Below the pieces are notes generated by a model that worked only from the letters and a program-made list of their open reading frames with translations, did not search any database and was not told the DNA's origin. Shown here piece by piece: positions 35,701 to 37,303 of a stretch of 37,303 nt of DNA (its first letter is position 1; each line of letters opens with the position of its first letter). Origin of the DNA: Spirogloea muscicola. Its lineage: Eukaryota. Both the position numbers and the translations under genes were made by a program. Location: contig WELB01000003.1 in the NCBI GenBank assembly GCA_009602725.1, positions 1,159,496-1,196,798 on the forward strand. The letters are read 5' to 3'.

Positions 35701-36851
35701 TAGACCGAGCTTGAAGGCCGCACCGAGGTCGCCGAGCCCAAGGACGCGCTCGCCATCGGTGATGATGGCAACACGGACGTCGCTCCCGTGCGGCCATGCA
35801 GCCAGTGCAGCTTCCAAGCGGTCCGCTGTGTCATCGTGGCGGGAGACAACCAGTGTGCGCGGGCGCGGCAACAGCGTACCGAATGCCAGGCACGCGTCCC
35901 CAACGGTCGGGGTGTACCTGCGCAGCAGACTTAATCAAGACAATGCTTGCCAGGGCCTACACTCAATGAGAGCGCTACGCCAGAGACGTAACACGTAGAC
36001 GCAACACAAACTTTAAGTTCTATTTCAGAACGTGAAACTTGAACAATCAGCCGGCAGATGCAGGGCACACCGCAGGCTGCCAGAAAGTCAGCGAGCTTTG
36101 CTGCATCCCACGAAGCTCGTTTGCGTCAATGTTACTGAGTTTTGGTAGCAACCATGCCTATTCGCCTATGTTCTTTCTCTTCTTCACTTAAGCGAATTCC
36201 AGATTGTAAATTGTAGATTTCAGTTGACCTTGAACTAGTAGCTTTGTGGGAGAATTGCTTAACATGGTAAGTGCTTTTCCATAGCAATAGATATATTTCC
36301 AGAGCAATATATATAGGCGGCTCTGACTGAACTAACTGGGGCACATGGTGGCAGCAGCGGCAGCGGCAGTGTAGTACCTACACAATGGGGAGCCAGCGAG
36401 GCAGGTCAGCCGCGAGCAGGCGGTAGAAGGCGGCCTCGTCAGTGGCCTGCAGCGCCGCCAGCCGCCGGTACTGCTCCAGCGGGGCCAGCCCAGCCATGGC
36501 TTCAGCGAACGCCGGAAGCGACGCTGCCTGAGATGGGGCTACGGCCGGCGGCGAAAGCAACGGACCAGCCGCTGCGGCGGCGGTGCGCCAGGTCGCCGAC
36601 GAGACGGCCGTCGCCGCCAGCATGAGCTGCCGCCTTGTGGGCTCCGCCGATGCTGGGCGCTCAGGCAGCTCCTGACCATTGCCGCCATCACATCCCTGTG
36701 CCGCTACGGTTGCGGCTCCTGCCATACGGCGGCTGCTGATCCGTTGCCGGCCATGAAGATGCCGCCATGCAGCCTCCTTGATGGCCAGTCCCCTTGCTGG
36801 CCTTGGCGCTGGAGATTTTGTGGTCCCTGCAGGCGGCAGCACGGCTGCCAT
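32720..36851 (-). CDS. Malic enzyme (probably NADP-dependent) with N-terminal targeting presequence, 11 exons, 630 aa as modelled
   Basis: Exons 36851-36382, 35917-35724, 35516-35446, 35217-35129, 34978-34894, 34739-34590, 34315-34289, 34092-33820, 33677-33458, 33206-33061 and 32887-32720 join in frame (1893 nt). Motifs: [90 protein letters not shown]. Confidence 0.92.
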
Positions 36852-36924
36852 GGTGGACACTGCCAAGAACTCCAGGTGACCTCACGATAGACTGCAAAAA
36901 AAATTGCAAACTCTTGGGCGAAAG

Positions 36925-37303
<379 letters not shown>

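Overview
Eukaryotic, intron-rich DNA that looks like a streptophyte alga or early-diverging plant (inferred from gene families, GC-rich first exons and GT-AG introns). Six protein-coding genes can be reconstructed by hand: a C2-GRAM-VASt protein (BAGP1-like, +), a small hydrophilic LEA-like orphan with ABRE boxes (+), a nodulin-like NFD4-type MFS transporter (-), a bacterial GlnT/GMAS-type glutamate-amine ligase with 12 exons (-), a BAT1/GabP-like amino acid/amine permease facing away from it (+), and a malic enzyme with an apparent bipartite plastid + twin-arginine presequence (-). Four intergenic regions (1-4050, 10960-11550, 17300-19760, 24835-27312) are patchworks of 3'-end fragments of a restriction-like-endonuclease (RLE, CRE-type) non-LTR retrotransposon. 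They carry about 30 copies of a GGGCTGG...CCAGCCC hairpin or half-site, often tail-to-tail. The best candidates for undescribed biology are (i) an amine uptake + gamma-glutamylation gene pair of bacterial type, (ii) a possibly thylakoid-lumen malic enzyme, and (iii) an apparently self-targeting, promoter-side RLE element family. Family assignments come from motif recognition only, and no database search was run. There is a 241-N gap at 26935-27175 and a single N at 11885.
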